From: Limisphaerales bacterium
Lineage (GTDB): Bacteria; Verrucomicrobiota; Verrucomicrobiia; Limisphaerales; SXQI01
Assembly: GCA_044226545.1 (NCBI GenBank)
Contig: JBGAGW010000012.1
Location: forward strand, 66,107 to 130,106
DNA length: 64,000 nt
Reading direction: 5' to 3'
The notes under the pieces are model-generated. The model was not told the DNA's origin and searched no databases. It saw only the letters and a program-made list of their open reading frames with translations. Below are positions 62,906-64,000 of this stretch, piece by piece. Position 1 is the stretch's first letter. Each line of letters starts with the position of its first letter. Position numbers and translations under genes: made by a program.

Positions 62906-63382
62906 TTGGAGGCTAGCACAGGCCAGCAGGTTGCAGAGCGGGCAAGGTTCGCCGACAGTTGGCTTATGGAGAATGTCGAGGCGATTCAGATAGAGTATGA
63001 ACAGTCGAAAAAGGATTTGCATGCGTTGCGAGAAAAGTTGGTCGTTTTGCACAAGGCGCTGATTGATTCGGAGCGGGTGGAATACGAGAGCTCGTTCGGA
63101 ACCATTGCGACCCCAAATCAGTTCCTGAAATTGTTGATCAACGACCCGTGGTTTGCCTGGTTGCAGCCGTTTTCGGCGTTAGTGGTGGCGATTGATGAGT
63201 TGATCGACGAAAAGGAGACGCCCATCACAAAGGCGGATGTGGTGCGGATAAAGGAGCAGGCTTCAAAGTTACTGAAAGCGAGCGAGGAAGGGGAGGGGTT
63301 TGGTCGGAGCTATTTCGAGAGCCTGCAACGTGAACCGGAGGTGGTGCTGGCGCATGGCGCGGTCGTGAAGTTGCTGAAGTAG
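62906..63382 (+). CDS. Hypothetical helical protein
   Basis: The ORF has host-like composition. I recognise no family. The start is uncertain (62906 or the internal MENVEAIQ). Confidence 0.5.
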   Translation: MEASTGQQVAERARFADSWLMENVEAIQIEYEQSKKDLHALREKLVVLHKALIDSERVEYESSFGTIATPNQFLKLLINDPWFAWLQPFSALVVAIDELIDEKETPITKADVVRIKEQASKLLKASEEGEGFGRSYFESLQREPEVVLAHGAVVKLLK

Positions 63383-63440
63383 ATTCGACAAAGATGAGCG
63401 ACAAATAACGCCGACAAAGACCTCGAAGGAAGCGGGGAGT

Positions 63441-63818
63441 TTAGCCTTCGAGGACAGCGGTGGCCGTCGCGTGTTGAACGGTGTGGCTGAGAGTGAGATG
63501 GAGAGCGCGCGCGTTTCGAGAGGCGAAAAGTTCACGGCCCTTGCCGTGGAGTTCGACGTAGGGTTCGCCCGATTCCTTTCGGCGCACCTCGATATCCAGC
63601 CAGCCCAGCCACTTTCCGATGCCAGTGCCGAACGCTTTGGACACGGCTTCCTTGGCAGCGAATCGGGCTGCAATAAAGGGGCCGGAATCCTTGTGCGAAA
63701 GGCAATACTCGATCTCAGAGGGAAGAAGGATACGTCCTACGAACCGTTCGCCGAATCTTTCGTGAGAGGTGCGAATGCGGGTGACTTCGATAAGGTCGGT
63801 GCCAATCCCGAGAATCAT
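63441..63818 (-). CDS. acpS: Holo-[acyl-carrier-protein] synthase
   Basis: MILGIGTDLIEVTRI and FAAKEAVSKAFGTG are present. Its start overlaps the pdxJ stop (ATGA). Confidence 0.9.
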   Translation of the reverse strand: MILGIGTDLIEVTRIRTSHERFGERFVGRILLPSEIEYCLSHKDSGPFIAARFAAKEAVSKAFGTGIGKWLGWLDIEVRRKESGEPYVELHGKGRELFASRNARALHLTLSHTVQHATATAVLEG

Positions 63819-64000
63819 GCCTGGTAGTCTTGCATCGCGGCGAGCATCTCTTTGACTGCGGCAGCGAGACCGACGGTGATCGCACGACTGACAATGCTGT
63901 GGCCGATGTTCAGCTCGACCAAGTGCGGCACCTGGAAAAGGCCGGAGAGATTCTGATAATTCAAGCCGTGGCCCGCGTTCACTCCGATTCCGGCTGCGTG
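63815..64000 (-). CDS. pdxJ: Pyridoxine 5'-phosphate synthase, 3' end only (the gene continues beyond the window)
   Basis: Hand translation gives ..HAAGIGVNAGHGLNYQNLSGLFQVPHLVELNIGHSIVSRAITVGLAAAVKEMLAAM.., which is the PdxJ C-terminal signature. Confidence 0.85.
   Translation of the reverse strand, partial: HAAGIGVNAGHGLNYQNLSGLFQVPHLVELNIGHSIVSRAITVGLAAAVKEMLAAMQDYQA

Noticed and set aside
1-64000. Search for rRNA genes, tRNA genes, CRISPR arrays, prophage or integrase islands, and toxin-antitoxin or known defence-system genes
   Set aside because: None was recognised. Apart from 27616-28313, the intergenic gaps are under 450 bp and show no cloverleaf or repeat-spacer structure. This was a manual scan, so a small RNA could have been missed.

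Overview
No searches were run, so every family call below comes from reading motifs in the supplied translations and the DNA.

The window looks like a chromosomal segment of a PVC-group bacterium, Verrucomicrobiota-like. That is inferred from gene content:
- prepilin-type [19 protein letters not shown] / DGH-tail proteins
- a PEP-CTERM protein plus an exosortase
- a ~640-aa long-form GreA
- three ECF sigma factors
- giant secreted proteins that end in an aromatic-Arg C-terminal module

I found no rRNA gene, tRNA gene or CRISPR array. There are about 55 protein-coding genes. Housekeeping genes are interleaved with accessory blocks: argG, purC, hisG, rsmB, greA, acpS, the 3' end of pdxJ, a class I aminotransferase, pterin-4a-carbinolamine dehydratase, a cyclophilin and a Xer recombinase.

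Most notable observations:
1. **Exosortase locus (13.2-23.1 kb, plus strand).** It has no recognisable classical glycosyltransferase or Wzx flippase. It is built from a carbamoyltransferase-methyltransferase fusion, an SxtJ-like membrane protein, an SGNH hydrolase, an internally deleted DUF5989/SxtK-like remnant, an exosortase, a Wzy/O-antigen-ligase-like protein, a DUF362 protein and a CapK-like adenylating enzyme. A PEP-CTERM substrate gene lies 4 kb downstream, behind a coupled xer / nusG-paralog pair.
2. **ECF sigma block (37.9-44.1 kb, minus strand).** An ECF sigma factor, a 3-domain glycosyltransferase/methyltransferase and a WD40 Ser/Thr kinase lie together with no transmembrane anti-sigma factor.
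3. **Decaying segment (56.3-60.7 kb).** It is bounded by two direct copies of a ~60-bp element. It holds an IS630 insertion that cleanly splits a pseudopilin-like gene, and a frameshifted NarL-type response regulator.
4. **GxxExxY cassette.** The nuclease-like gene is bracketed by mirror-image CACGAATT arrays.
5. **Hairpin-rich non-coding region (~700 bp).** It lies upstream of a 1626-aa CotH / lamin-tail-domain protein.
6. **Small ORF missing from the ORF track.** A 33-codon bS22-like gene.
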